This document shows positions 19,965 to 29,774 of a stretch of 64,000 nucleotides of DNA, piece after piece (the stretch's first letter is position 1; the number at the start of each line of letters is the position of its first letter). Both the position numbers and the translations under genes were made by a program. The DNA comes from an uncultured Candidatus Rokubacteria bacterium (GTDB lineage Bacteria > Methylomirabilota > Methylomirabilia > Rokubacteriales > CSP1-6): the NCBI GenBank assembly GCA_963771355.1, contig CAVYTA010000006.1:1856001-1920000 (forward strand), in the 5' to 3' direction. Below the pieces are notes generated by a model. The model was not told where the DNA came from, made no database searches, and saw only the letters and a program-made list of their open reading frames with translations.

Positions 19965-21266
19965 ATGAACGAGATCAAGGTCGGTCTCCTCGGGCTCGGC
20001 ACCGTGGGCGCGGGCGTGGCGCGAATCCTCCAGACGCACGGCGCCGAGATGGAGGAGCGCGCCGGCTGCAAGCTCACGCTCGCCGCCATCGCAGACCTGG
20101 ACCTCGTCCGCCCGCGCGAGGGCCTGGACCTGGCGCGCCTGCCGCTGACCTCCGACGTGGAGCGCGTGCTCGGCGACCCCGCGGTGCACATCGTCATCGA
20201 GCTGGTGGGCGGACTGGAGCCCGCGCGCACCTTCATCCTGCGCGCGCTGGCCTCCGGCAAGCACGTGGTCACCGCCAACAAGGCCCTGCTCGCCCACCAC
20301 GGCCCGGAGCTCTTCGAGGAGGCGCGGCGGAACGGCGTGATGCTCGGCTTCGAGGCGGCGGTGGCGGGCGGCATTCCCCTCATCCGCGCCGTCAAGGACG
20401 GCCTGCCTGCGAACCGCATCCGCTCCGCCTTCGGCATCGTCAACGGAACGTGCAACTACATCCTGTCCAAGATGACCGACGAGGGCCTGGACTTCTCGGG
20501 TGTGCTCAAGGAAGCGCAGGCGCGCGGCTACGCGGAGGCCGACCCCACGCTGGACATCGAGGGGCTCGACTCCGCCCACAAGCTCCAGATCCTCGCCATG
20601 CTCGCCTTCCGCACCGCGGTGGATCTCAAGGACATCTACACCGAGGGGATCACGGGGGTCTCGCAGGCGGACGTGGTCAACGCCCGCGAGCTCGGCTACC
20701 GGATCAAGCTCCTCGCCATCGCCAAGGCGGGCGACGGCGCGCTGGAGGCCCGGGTGCATCCCACCATGATCCCGGCGATCTCGCCCATGGCCGCCGTCTC
20801 CGGCGTCTTCAACGCGGTCTTCATCACCGGCGACAACGTGGGGGACCTCATGTTCTACGGGCGCGGCGCGGGCCAGCTGCCCACCGCCTCCGCGGTGTGG
20901 TCGGACGCGCTGGACATCGCCCGTCGCGTGGCCCACGGCGTTCCCGCGCTCGCGGTGGACCTGCCCTCCGCCGCGCAGACGCCGCTCCCCATCCGGCCCA
21001 TCGACGACATCCGCACCGCCTACTACCTCCGCGTGATGGCCCTGGACCGGCCGGGTGTGCTCGCCCAGGTGGCGGGCATCCTGGGGCAGCACGGCATCTC
21101 GCTCGTCTCCGTGCTCCAGAAGACGCGCGCCGAGCAGCACGAGGCGGTGCCGGTGGTGATGATGACTCACGAGGCGCGCGAGCGCGACATGCGGGCCGCG
21201 CTGGCCGCCATCGACCGGCTGCCGGTGGTGGTCGGGCCCACCACCATGATCCGGGTCGAGGCCTGA
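19965..21266 (+). CDS. hom: Homoserine dehydrogenase with ACT domain
   Basis: GLGTVG, VVTANKA, FEAAVAGGIP, NGTCNYIL, GYAEADPT, C-terminal DRPGVL. Confidence 0.97.
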   Translation: MNEIKVGLLGLGTVGAGVARILQTHGAEMEERAGCKLTLAAIADLDLVRPREGLDLARLPLTSDVERVLGDPAVHIVIELVGGLEPARTFILRALASGKHVVTANKALLAHHGPELFEEARRNGVMLGFEAAVAGGIPLIRAVKDGLPANRIRSAFGIVNGTCNYILSKMTDEGLDFSGVLKEAQARGYAEADPTLDIEGLDSAHKLQILAMLAFRTAVDLKDIYTEGITGVSQADVVNARELGYRIKLLAIAKAGDGALEARVHPTMIPAISPMAAVSGVFNAVFITGDNVGDLMFYGRGAGQLPTASAVWSDALDIARRVAHGVPALAVDLPSAAQTPLPIRPIDDIRTAYYLRVMALDRPGVLAQVAGILGQHGISLVSVLQKTRAEQHEAVPVVMMTHEARERDMRAALAAIDRLPVVVGPTTMIRVEA

Positions 21267-21297
21267 TGCCCGATCTCTCCGAGCGCTGACTCCGCGC

Positions 21298-22290
21298 GTG
21301 CCGTCGCGCGGACGGCTCCTCAAGATCGTCCTCGGGCTCGCGGTCAGCGCGGCCCTCATCGTGTATCTCTTCTCGCACGCGGACCTGCGCGCCATCGGTG
21401 CGCGCCTCGCCGACACGCACTGGGGCTTCCTCGCCGCGAGCGTCGCGCTGAGCCTCGGCTCCCTCTGGGCTCGGTCCCGGCGCTGGAGGTATCTCTTCCC
21501 GCCGGGCGCAAATCCCTCGGGCCTCTTCAACGCGGTGATGATCGGCTACATGGCCAATAACCTCCTTCCCCTTCGTGCGGGCGAGGTGGTCCGAGCCTAC
21601 GTGGTCACCCGGCGCGGTCAGCGCTTCTGGACCACGGTGACCACCATGGTGGTGGAGCGCGTGCTCGACGGGCTCGCCATCGGGCTCCTGCTCGCCTCGC
21701 TCTTCCTGCTCATCCCCGTCCCGCGCGAGCTCGAGTGGGCCGCCCTCGTCTTCCTCTCGTTAGATCTCGCCCTCATCGCCTTCCTGGGAGTCTTCGCTCT
21801 GGCGCCCACACGGTGCAACCGGCTGGCCCGCATCCTCACCGGCGGCCGCCCCTCGCTCGCCGCTCGGTTGGAACGGCTGCTCGACACCTTGGACCGCGGC
21901 CTCGCCGGGGTGCGGGCGCCGCGCCATGTCCTGCCCATGCTCGGCTGGTCCTGCGCCATCTGGATCGCGCAGGTGGCCTCCATCTGGGCCGGCTTTCACG
22001 CCGCGCGGCTGGATCTGCCGCTGGTGGCGGCCTGGACCACGCTGGCCTTTCTCGGCCTCGGGGTGAGCCTTCCGTCGAGCCCGGGCTTCGTCGGGGTGAT
22101 CCAAGCGGCGGTAGTCACGGCCCTCCGTCTCTTCAGCGTGCCGTACGACGACGCCCTGTCCTTCTCGCTGCTCTTCCACGTCTCGCAGTTCGTCCCCGTG
22201 ACCGTCTGGGGGCTGGTCTTGCTCTTCGTGGAGCACGTGAGCCTGGCCGAGGCCGTGCGGACCCAGGACGTTACCCAGGATCTACGCTAA
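21298..22290 (+). CDS. Lysylphosphatidylglycerol synthase TM-domain/flippase-like membrane protein (UPF0104)
   Basis: RWR, NNLLPLRAGE, ERVLD, PSSPGFVG. Confidence 0.85.
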   Translation: MPSRGRLLKIVLGLAVSAALIVYLFSHADLRAIGARLADTHWGFLAASVALSLGSLWARSRRWRYLFPPGANPSGLFNAVMIGYMANNLLPLRAGEVVRAYVVTRRGQRFWTTVTTMVVERVLDGLAIGLLLASLFLLIPVPRELEWAALVFLSLDLALIAFLGVFALAPTRCNRLARILTGGRPSLAARLERLLDTLDRGLAGVRAPRHVLPMLGWSCAIWIAQVASIWAGFHAARLDLPLVAAWTTLAFLGLGVSLPSSPGFVGVIQAAVVTALRLFSVPYDDALSFSLLFHVSQFVPVTVWGLVLLFVEHVSLAEAVRTQDVTQDLR

Positions 22291-22310
22291 CTTAGCCGGC
22301 ACCCCCGTGT

Positions 22311-22338
22311 GTAAACGGGGTCCCGCGGCCGCGCGTCT
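22311..22338 (+). promoter_or_regulatory. Putative ECF-sigma autoregulatory promoter
   Basis: GTAAAC-17bp-CGTCT (AAC/CGT ECF consensus) upstream of the ECF gene. Confidence 0.5.
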
Positions 22339-22406
22339 TACCAGCGAAGGGAAGCGGGGGAGGGCATTCGCCTATCCGCCCGCCACTAGGTGGCGCGCAT
22401 GAGCAT

Positions 22407-23009
22407 ATGGGAAGATCGGACCGAGACGAGTCCGTGGAGCCATCCGATGAAGCACTGTGCCGGAGCGTGGCAAATCGCGAGCCGGAGGCCTTCGACCTCC
22501 TCGTGGAGCGGTACCAGGAGCGGGCCTACCGGATCGCCTGGTCCGTCGTTCGCGATCGCGAGGACGCCAAGGATTGCGCCCAGGAAGCCTTCATCCGCCT
22601 GCACGACGCGGCGGGGTCCTTTGCCGGCGAGTCCAAGTTCTCGACCTGGTTCTACCGGATCCTGGTCAACTGCTGCCTCGACCATCGCCGCCGCGGACGC
22701 GGCTGGCGCCGCCTTCTCGTCTGGCGCGACGCCGAGGACGAGGACGAGGCCGGCGGTCTCGTCGAGCGCCAGCCGGCGCCGCCGGACGATCCCGGTGAGC
22801 GCATGGACGAGGATCAAAAGATGAGCCGGATCTGGGAGGCCGTGGAGACGCTCTCGCCCCAGCAACGCGCGGCGGTAACGCTGCAGTGCCGCGAGGGGCT
22901 GGCCACCAAGGAGATCGCGTCGGTGCTGGGCACCTCGGAGGCCACCGTCCGCGTGCACCTGCATCGGGCCTTCGCGACGCTCCGCCGCCGCGTGGGAGGC
23001 ACCCCGTGA
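22407..23009 (+). CDS. ECF RNA polymerase sigma factor
   Basis: AFDLLVERYQ, AQEAFI, KFSTWFYRILVN, region 4 EIASVLG..VRVHLHRA. Confidence 0.92.
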   Translation: MGRSDRDESVEPSDEALCRSVANREPEAFDLLVERYQERAYRIAWSVVRDREDAKDCAQEAFIRLHDAAGSFAGESKFSTWFYRILVNCCLDHRRRGRGWRRLLVWRDAEDEDEAGGLVERQPAPPDDPGERMDEDQKMSRIWEAVETLSPQQRAAVTLQCREGLATKEIASVLGTSEATVRVHLHRAFATLRRRVGGTP

Positions 23010-23500
23010 CCGCGCATCCGTCCGACCGGCTGCTTCCCTATCTGCGCGGGGAGCTGGCCACCGCAGAGCGCGCGGCGGTGGACACCCATCTGGCCGTCTG
23101 CGCGGAGTGCCGCGACACCGTCCGGGACTTCGCCATCCTCGCGGAGCGGCTCGCCCGCGCGCCGGAGCCGGCGCCGCCGATTCACTGGGGCGCGTTCCGG
23201 GCCCAGCTCCACGAGAAGCTGGACCGCCGGGAGCGCCCCGTCGCGACCGGACGGCGCTGGTCGATGGGCCCCGTGCCCGCGACGCTGGCCGCCGGCCTCG
23301 CCGCGGTGCTGCTGTATCTGGGCGTGCTCGGCCCGGGCGCACTGACGCCCGTGGGCAATCAGGCCCTGCTGGAGGGCGAGGTGCTGGACGGCCGCCTCGA
23401 CGTGGTCTCGCAGCTCGATCTCGTCCAGAACCTGGACCTCTTCGAGGACTTCGACGCCATCGATCGGCTCGACCCCCTGGCACCGAGCGAGGAGAGCTGA
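23006..23500 (+). CDS. Zinc-binding (zf-HC2/ZAS) transmembrane anti-sigma factor
   Basis: HLAVCAEC (HxxxCxxC), single TM; GTGA overlap with the sigma stop. Confidence 0.85.
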   Translation: MTAHPSDRLLPYLRGELATAERAAVDTHLAVCAECRDTVRDFAILAERLARAPEPAPPIHWGAFRAQLHEKLDRRERPVATGRRWSMGPVPATLAAGLAAVLLYLGVLGPGALTPVGNQALLEGEVLDGRLDVVSQLDLVQNLDLFEDFDAIDRLDPLAPSEES

Positions 23501-23504
23501 GGCC

Positions 23505-24155
23505 GTGTTGACACGGCTCTTCGTGGCCCTCGTGGCCGCGCTCGTCCTCGGGCTGGCCTCCCATCCCACGGGCGCCCAGTCGCCGCCCCCGGCGAGCCAT
23601 CCGCCCAGTGCAGACTTCGACAAGCTCTCGCCCGAGGAGCAGGCCGGGATGCGGCAGAAGCGGGAGCGCTGGCGCACGATGTCGCCCGAGCAGCGCGAGC
23701 AGGCCCTCGAGAAGTATCGCCACTGGAAGTCGCTCACCCCCGAGGAGCAGCAGCAGGCGCGGCAGAACAAGGAGCGCCTCCAGCGCTTGACGCCGGCCGA
23801 GCGCGCCCAGATCCTCCACGATTTCCAGCGCTGGAACGAGCTGCCGGCGGAGCGCCGGCAGGAGCTGGAGCAGGCCCACGATCGCTTCCAGAAGCTGCCG
23901 CCCGAGCGCCAGCAGCAGATCATGGAGCGGCTGCGCCGGTACCAGAGCCTCTCGCCCGAGGAGCGAGAACGGGTGGACAAGAATCTCGAGCGCTGGCGGA
24001 ACATGTCCCCCGAGGAGCGCCAGAAGGCCCGCGAGGCCATGCGCGAGCGCCGCCGCGACCGCGAGACGGACGGCGGCACGCCGACCCGCCCGCGCGCCGG
24101 CGATCCCTCCGGCGTCGTCCCCGGTGCTCCGGGCGGAGCCGGGCCCAACCGGTAG
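23505..24155 (+). CDS. Secreted DUF3106-like protein with eight 18-aa helical repeats
   Basis: Signal peptide then (W/F)xxL(S/T/P)PEE(R/Q) repeats every 18 aa. Confidence 0.8.
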   Translation: MLTRLFVALVAALVLGLASHPTGAQSPPPASHPPSADFDKLSPEEQAGMRQKRERWRTMSPEQREQALEKYRHWKSLTPEEQQQARQNKERLQRLTPAERAQILHDFQRWNELPAERRQELEQAHDRFQKLPPERQQQIMERLRRYQSLSPEERERVDKNLERWRNMSPEERQKAREAMRERRRDRETDGGTPTRPRAGDPSGVVPGAPGGAGPNR

Positions 24156-24181
24156 CGGGTCATATGGTAAATTGGCCCCTC

Positions 24182-25411
24182 ATGGGCCAGTTGATCGTCC
24201 AGAAGTACGGCGGCTCTTCAGTCGCCGATCCCGAGAAGATCAAGAACGTGGCCCGCCGCGTGGCCGAGGGTGCGCGCCAGGGCCACCGCATGGTGGTGGT
24301 GGTCTCGGCCATGGGCAAGACCACCGACTCCCTCATCGCCCTCGCCGGCGCCATCACCCCGATGCCGGATCCGCGCGAGATGGACATGCTGCTCGCCACC
24401 GGCGAGCAGGTCACCATCGGGCTCCTCGCCATGGCGCTGCAGGCCATGGGCCACCCCGCCCGCTCCTTCACCGGGCCGCAGGTGGGCATGGTCACGGACG
24501 ACGCGCACACGCGCGCCCGCATCAAGCGCATCACCGCCGAGCGGATCGGCGCCGCGCTCGCCGCGGGGAAGGTGGCGGTGGTGGCGGGCTTCCAGGGCAT
24601 GACCGAGGCCGGCGACATCACCACGCTGGGCCGCGGCGGCTCCGACCTGACCGGGGTGGCACTGGCCGCCGCGCTGAAGGCCGACGTGTGCGAGATCTTC
24701 ACCGACGTGGACGGTGTCTACACCGCGGACCCCAACGTGGTGCCGGACGCCCGCAAGCTCGCCCGGGTCTCTTACGACGAGATGCTCGAGATGGCCGCGC
24801 TGGGGGCCAGGGTCCTCCAGGCCCGCTCGGTGGAGTTCGCCAAGAAGTACAGCGTGCCCGTCCATGTGCGCTCGACGTTCAAGTCCGACCCGGGCACGCT
24901 GGTGACGAGGGAGGATCTCAGCATGGAAGAGGTGGTGGTCACCGGCATCACCCACGATCGGGGCCAGGCGAAGCTCTCGATTCTCCGCGTCCCCGACCGC
25001 CCGGGCATCGCCTCGCGGGTCTTCGGCTCGCTCGGCAGCCAGAACATCGTGGTGGACATGATCGTGCAGAACATCAGTCGCGACGGTTACACCGACATCT
25101 CCTTCACCCTCGCCCGCGCCGATCGCGCCCGCGCCGAGCAGGTGCTGGGCAACGTGGGCAAGGAGGTGGGCGCCTCCGGGGTGATGGCGGACGACCGCGT
25201 GGCCAAGGTGTCCATCGTGGGCGTGGGCATGCGCAGCCACGCCGGGGTGGCGGCGCGGATGTTCGATACGCTGTCCCGGGAAGGCGTCAACATCCAGATG
25301 ATCTCCACCTCGGAAATCGCGGTGTCCTGCGTGATCGAGGACAAGTACACCGAGCTCGCGGTGCGGGCACTCCACGACGCCTTCGAGCTGGGCAAGGAGC
25401 GAGGAGCCTGA
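24182..25411 (+). CDS. lysC: Aspartate kinase
   Basis: [34 protein letters not shown], two ACT domains. Confidence 0.97.
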   Translation: MGQLIVQKYGGSSVADPEKIKNVARRVAEGARQGHRMVVVVSAMGKTTDSLIALAGAITPMPDPREMDMLLATGEQVTIGLLAMALQAMGHPARSFTGPQVGMVTDDAHTRARIKRITAERIGAALAAGKVAVVAGFQGMTEAGDITTLGRGGSDLTGVALAAALKADVCEIFTDVDGVYTADPNVVPDARKLARVSYDEMLEMAALGARVLQARSVEFAKKYSVPVHVRSTFKSDPGTLVTREDLSMEEVVVTGITHDRGQAKLSILRVPDRPGIASRVFGSLGSQNIVVDMIVQNISRDGYTDISFTLARADRARAEQVLGNVGKEVGASGVMADDRVAKVSIVGVGMRSHAGVAARMFDTLSREGVNIQMISTSEIAVSCVIEDKYTELAVRALHDAFELGKERGA

Positions 25412-25413
25412 CC

Positions 25414-26529
25414 ATGGCGCAGACCGCGACCGCCGCCGTCTTCTTCGGACCGGGCAAGCCCTTCGAGGTGCGCGCGGTTCCCATCCCCGAGGTGGAGCCC
25501 GAGGGCGTTCTGATCCGCGTGACCCGCGCGAGCATCTGCGGGAGCGATCTGCACTTCTGGCGCGGCGACGCCCCCCTGAAGTACCCGGAGGACGGCTGGA
25601 TCTTCGGCCATGAGATGACGGGGACGGTGGCGCGCCTCGGGGCCAAGGTGAAGACGGACTCGCTGGGCCGCGCGCTCAAGGAAGGCGACCGCGTCGCCTA
25701 CACCTACTTCTACCCGTGTGGGCGATGCCATGCCTGCCTGCACAAGGAGCCCGCGGCCTGCCCCAACAAGATCGAGCGGCCGCTCGGCCCCAGCGCGTTC
25801 CCGCATCTGCACGGCGCCTTCGCCGACCACTACTATCTCCGCCCCGGCGGCGCCATTTTCAAGGTGCCGGACACGCTGTCCGACGACGTGGTCGCCCCCG
25901 TCAACTGTGCGCTGTCCCAGGTGCTCTACGGGCTCTGGGTGGCCGGGGTGCGGATGGGTGATCGGGTGATCATCCAGGGCGCGGGCGGGCTCGGCGTCCA
26001 GGCGGCCGCGGTGGCCAAGGACATGGGCGCCTCCTGCGTCATCGTGGTGGACCAGATTCCCGGCCGTCTGGAGCTGGCACGCGCCTTCGGCGCCGACCAC
26101 ACGCTGAACATCAAGGAGATGCCGGAGCGGCGCGACCGCGTGAAGCAGGTGCGGCAGTGGACGGAGGGGGTCGGCGCCGACGTGGCCTGCGACTTCGTGG
26201 GGTTTCCCGCCGTCATCCCGGAGGGCATCGAGATGCTCCGGTCGGGCGGCACCTATCTGGAGATCGGCACCATCAGCCGCGGGGCCAAGATCGACCTCGA
26301 GCCGTCCCTCCTGGTGTGGGGGTCGAAGAAGATCCTGGGCGTGATCCAGTACGATCCGTGGGTGATTCCGCGCGCGCTCGACTTCCTGGTGCGCACCCGC
26401 GAGCGCTTCCCGTGGAGCCGGATCATCTCCCACAAGTTCCCGCTCGCCCAGATCAACGAGGCGTTCGCCGCCTCGGAGTGGCACAACAAGGACACCCTCA
26501 ACATCACGCGCGCCGCGCTGGTTCCCTAG
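25414..26529 (+). CDS. Zinc-binding alcohol dehydrogenase (MDR family)
   Basis: ICGSD, GHE, CGRCHAC...C structural Zn site, GAGGLG. Confidence 0.9.
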   Translation: MAQTATAAVFFGPGKPFEVRAVPIPEVEPEGVLIRVTRASICGSDLHFWRGDAPLKYPEDGWIFGHEMTGTVARLGAKVKTDSLGRALKEGDRVAYTYFYPCGRCHACLHKEPAACPNKIERPLGPSAFPHLHGAFADHYYLRPGGAIFKVPDTLSDDVVAPVNCALSQVLYGLWVAGVRMGDRVIIQGAGGLGVQAAAVAKDMGASCVIVVDQIPGRLELARAFGADHTLNIKEMPERRDRVKQVRQWTEGVGADVACDFVGFPAVIPEGIEMLRSGGTYLEIGTISRGAKIDLEPSLLVWGSKKILGVIQYDPWVIPRALDFLVRTRERFPWSRIISHKFPLAQINEAFAASEWHNKDTLNITRAALVP

Positions 26530-26554
26530 CACCGGAAGGAGAGGCGAGCATCCC

Positions 26555-26959
26555 ATGGAAGCCGAGTCGCCGGCTGTCCCGCCGCAGGCCACCATCCTGG
26601 TCGTCGACGACGACGATCCGGTGCGCGCGTTCGTCAGCGACGCGCTCGCCAGCGAAGGCTACACCGTCGTCGACACCGCCGATCCGCTCGAGGCCCGGCG
26701 CATCGTCACCTCCCGCACCGTTGACCTCCTGCTCACCGACGTCGTCATGCCGAGGATGAACGGGATCGAGCTGGCGGAGCGCGTCGAGGTAACCAGCTCC
26801 GCGACCAAGGTGCTGCTGATGTCGGGCTACATGACCGCCCTCATGAAGGCCTCCGGCCGGCCCATCCTCACGAAGCCCTTCACCATCGACGGCCTGCTGC
26901 GCGCCGTCCGCGAGGCCCTGGGCGGGCCAGCCGCGTTCCGGCGGTCCCCTCCGCGCTAG
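26555..26959 (+). CDS. Single-domain response regulator (receiver)
   Basis: ILVVDDD, LLTDVVMP, MSGY, KPF. Confidence 0.9.
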   Translation: MEAESPAVPPQATILVVDDDDPVRAFVSDALASEGYTVVDTADPLEARRIVTSRTVDLLLTDVVMPRMNGIELAERVEVTSSATKVLLMSGYMTALMKASGRPILTKPFTIDGLLRAVREALGGPAAFRRSPPR

Positions 26960-26986
26960 GCCGCCCACCCGAAGGGGCCGGGGCGG

Positions 26987-29554
26987 TCAGCGGATGGCCG
27001 CGGCCTTGACCTGCCGGTAGTCGGTGATGCCCTGCAGGGCCTTGAGGATCCCGTCCTGCACCATCGTGGTCATGCCCTCGCGCTTGGCGCGGGCGAGGAG
27101 CTGGGGCACGCGCGCCCCCTTCTGCATGCGGCGCTTGATGGCGTCAGTGCCGATCAAGAGCTCGTGGATGGCGATCCGCTCCCGGTATCCCTTGCCCTCG
27201 CACTGCTCGCAGCCCACGCTCTCGTAGAGCTCGACGTCGTCCGTGTAACGGTACCCCTGCCGCTCGAGCTCCTCGACGCCGAAGGCCTCCGCCAGCTCGT
27301 TCCAGTCGCGGCGCGTGGGGTGGTAGGGCCGCCGGCAATCGGGGCACAGGCGCTTCACGAGGCGCTGCGCGAGCACGCCGAGGAGCGCGTCGGAGAAATT
27401 GTACGCGTTGAGGCCCAGGTCCAGCAGTCGGACGACGGTCTCCACCGCGCTGTTGGTGTGGAGCGTGCTCAGCACCAGGTGCCCGGTGAGGGAGGCCTCC
27501 ACCGCGAGGCCCGCCGTCTCCGGATCGCGCATCTCCCCGACCATGATGACATCGGGATCGGCCCGCAGCAGGGCGCGCATCGCGGCGGCGAAGGTGTAGC
27601 CGATCTTGGGGCGCACCTGCACTTGCCGGAGCCCGTCCTGCGTGATCTCGACGGGGTCCTCGGCGGTCCAGATCTTCCGCGTCCCCGTGTTGAGGTGCCC
27701 CAGCACGGCGTGGAGCGAGGTCGTCTTGCCGGCGCCGGTGGGGCCCACGCTGAGGATGAGGCCGTAGGGCTTCTCCGCGATGGCCTTGAGCTCGCGGAGG
27801 TTGCGGTCGCTGAGGCCCAGGTGCTCGAGGGTCAAGAGGCCCGACGAGCCCAGGAGACGGAGCACCACGTCCTCGTTGCCGCCCACGGTCGGCACGGTGG
27901 CCACGCGGAGCTCGATGTCGCTCCGGCCCGGCGTGCGCACCCGGATCTTCCCGTCCTGGGGCTTGCGACGCTCGGCGATGTCGAGCCCCGCCATGATCTT
28001 GAGGCGCGCCACCAGAGGATTCCGGAGCGTGGGCGGGATGCGCTGGTAGTCCACGCAGGTGCCGTCCACGCGGAAGCGGATCGCCGTGTCCCGCGTATTC
28101 CCGCGGGGCTCGAGGTGGATGTCGGACGCGCGGGCCCGGTGGGCGTCGAGGATGATCTGGTTGGCCAGCCGGACGACCATGCTGTCGTTCTCGCTGATCT
28201 CCGCGTTGCCGGCCTCGGGAGCGTCCTCCGTGACCGGCTCCGCCGCCACCTCGCCGAGAATCTCGACCACCGTCCCCGGCCGCCCCTCGGTCCCCGTCAT
28301 CTCGTCCAGCGCGCCCAGGATGCGCTCGCGGACGGCCACCACCAGGGTGACCTTGCGCGGCCGGAGCACCGCCTCGATGGCGTCGACCTTGAGGAGATCG
28401 TGCGGATCGTCCACCGCGACGGTGACCACGTCGCCCACGCGTTTGATCGGCAGCCAGGCACCCGCTCGTAGCCTCGGCCGCTGCAGGCCCGACAGGAGCT
28501 CGGGCGACAGGACCGTCCGCTCGTCGAGGGAGACGTAGGGGCAGCGATAGTAGAGGGTGAGCGCGGCGGCGAGGTCGGCCTCGCGGATACCGTGAACCTC
28601 GAGCAGGATCGACTCGACGCTGACCTGACGCTGCCGGGCCTCGGTGGTGGCGTGGGCGAGCTGCGCCCGGGTGGCGAGGCGCTGGGCGATGAGGTAGTCG
28701 AACTTCGACATCCGGCCGTTGCGGCCTGGCGGCCGGGAGGGCGCCTCGGGCGCCGGCGGAGCCGGCTCCGGGACCTCGGGACGGGGAGTGGGAAGTGGCC
28801 GGCTGGTGGCGCGGGAGGCGGGAACCCGCAGGTTCGCGCGCTGATAGTCCGCGACGGTTTCCATCCGGCACAGCGTCGCGTCGCGAAACTGGATCCGCTG
28901 GCCTGCCTGCTCCCAGACCGCGGGGCCCCCATTGCCCGGCACGTCCAGCCACGCGGCGTCCTCGCGCCGGACGAGCGCCAGGCCGGCGGGCACACCGCCG
29001 ATCGCGGCCCATAGCGACGTCCCCGGACGCGCGCGCGCGGCGGCGAGGAAGCGATCGACCACCGGACTCCGCAGCACGTCGCACCGGATCACCAGGACGT
29101 CGCCGTTGAGCTCGGTGCCGAGGCGTGCCAGGATCGCGCCCTCCGGCTCGTCGGCGGGAACCCGCAGGAAGTCGAGCGCGATCCCCCACCGCTCGCCCGT
29201 CCCCAGCAGACGCTCGACCTGTTCGGCATGAGAGCCGAGCACGACCAGCGCGGAGCGGATGCCGGCGGCGCGGAGCGATTCCAGGGCGAGCTCGGCAAGC
29301 GTCACTCCGGCGACGGAGAGGAGCGCGGCGCAGGTGTCCTGAGTGAGCGCGCGCAGCCCCTCGGGGGCGGTATGAGCGAGGAGCACGGCGTGGAGGCCGT
29401 CGGGTCCCGGATCCGAGCCGGCCAAGGGAAGCTGGGGACGCGCATCCGCGACGGCGGCCGATTTGCTTCTAGACTTGTCTACTTCCGAGGGGGCGGTGGT
29501 GTGCATGCCGGTCAATGGGAGCAAGCGGAATGCCAGGGGCCTTCCGGGGGACAT
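26987..29554 (-). CDS. GspE/PilB-family secretion ATPase with N-terminal degenerate nucleotidyltransferase-like domain
   Basis: ASDIHLEP, RFRVDG, LDIAERRKPQDG, GPTGAGKT, EDPVE, LRADPDVIMVGEMRD, TGHLVLSTLHTN, CPDC/CEQC; N-terminus resembles NTP_transferase; start uncertain. Confidence 0.9.
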   Translation of the reverse strand: MSPGRPLAFRLLPLTGMHTTAPSEVDKSRSKSAAVADARPQLPLAGSDPGPDGLHAVLLAHTAPEGLRALTQDTCAALLSVAGVTLAELALESLRAAGIRSALVVLGSHAEQVERLLGTGERWGIALDFLRVPADEPEGAILARLGTELNGDVLVIRCDVLRSPVVDRFLAAARARPGTSLWAAIGGVPAGLALVRREDAAWLDVPGNGGPAVWEQAGQRIQFRDATLCRMETVADYQRANLRVPASRATSRPLPTPRPEVPEPAPPAPEAPSRPPGRNGRMSKFDYLIAQRLATRAQLAHATTEARQRQVSVESILLEVHGIREADLAAALTLYYRCPYVSLDERTVLSPELLSGLQRPRLRAGAWLPIKRVGDVVTVAVDDPHDLLKVDAIEAVLRPRKVTLVVAVRERILGALDEMTGTEGRPGTVVEILGEVAAEPVTEDAPEAGNAEISENDSMVVRLANQIILDAHRARASDIHLEPRGNTRDTAIRFRVDGTCVDYQRIPPTLRNPLVARLKIMAGLDIAERRKPQDGKIRVRTPGRSDIELRVATVPTVGGNEDVVLRLLGSSGLLTLEHLGLSDRNLRELKAIAEKPYGLILSVGPTGAGKTTSLHAVLGHLNTGTRKIWTAEDPVEITQDGLRQVQVRPKIGYTFAAAMRALLRADPDVIMVGEMRDPETAGLAVEASLTGHLVLSTLHTNSAVETVVRLLDLGLNAYNFSDALLGVLAQRLVKRLCPDCRRPYHPTRRDWNELAEAFGVEELERQGYRYTDDVELYESVGCEQCEGKGYRERIAIHELLIGTDAIKRRMQKGARVPQLLARAKREGMTTMVQDGILKALQGITDYRQVKAAAIR

Positions 29555-29774
29555 CGCCGCCTAAGTATTCGGAAAAGCGTATCTGATCGAAGGGTGCGAG
29601 GGCTCTTGAAGAGTCGCGGCAGGCTACAAACTTTGGTAGAGAGCATCCGCATCTCGGGAGCCTGACGCCCGCGTCACACGTCGACCCCGAAAAGATCTGC
29701 ATGGTGTGGACACCGCGCCGCCCCATTGGCTTCCCCGTTCACCACCGGGTATTCTCCGGGGCGAGGAGGACAAC

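Noticed and set aside
24124..26529. 801-aa ORF and similar N-terminally extended ORFs (635-1855, 38557-41124, 45479-46495)
   Set aside because: The extensions overlap upstream genes out of frame; real starts were reassigned using motifs and stop/start overlaps
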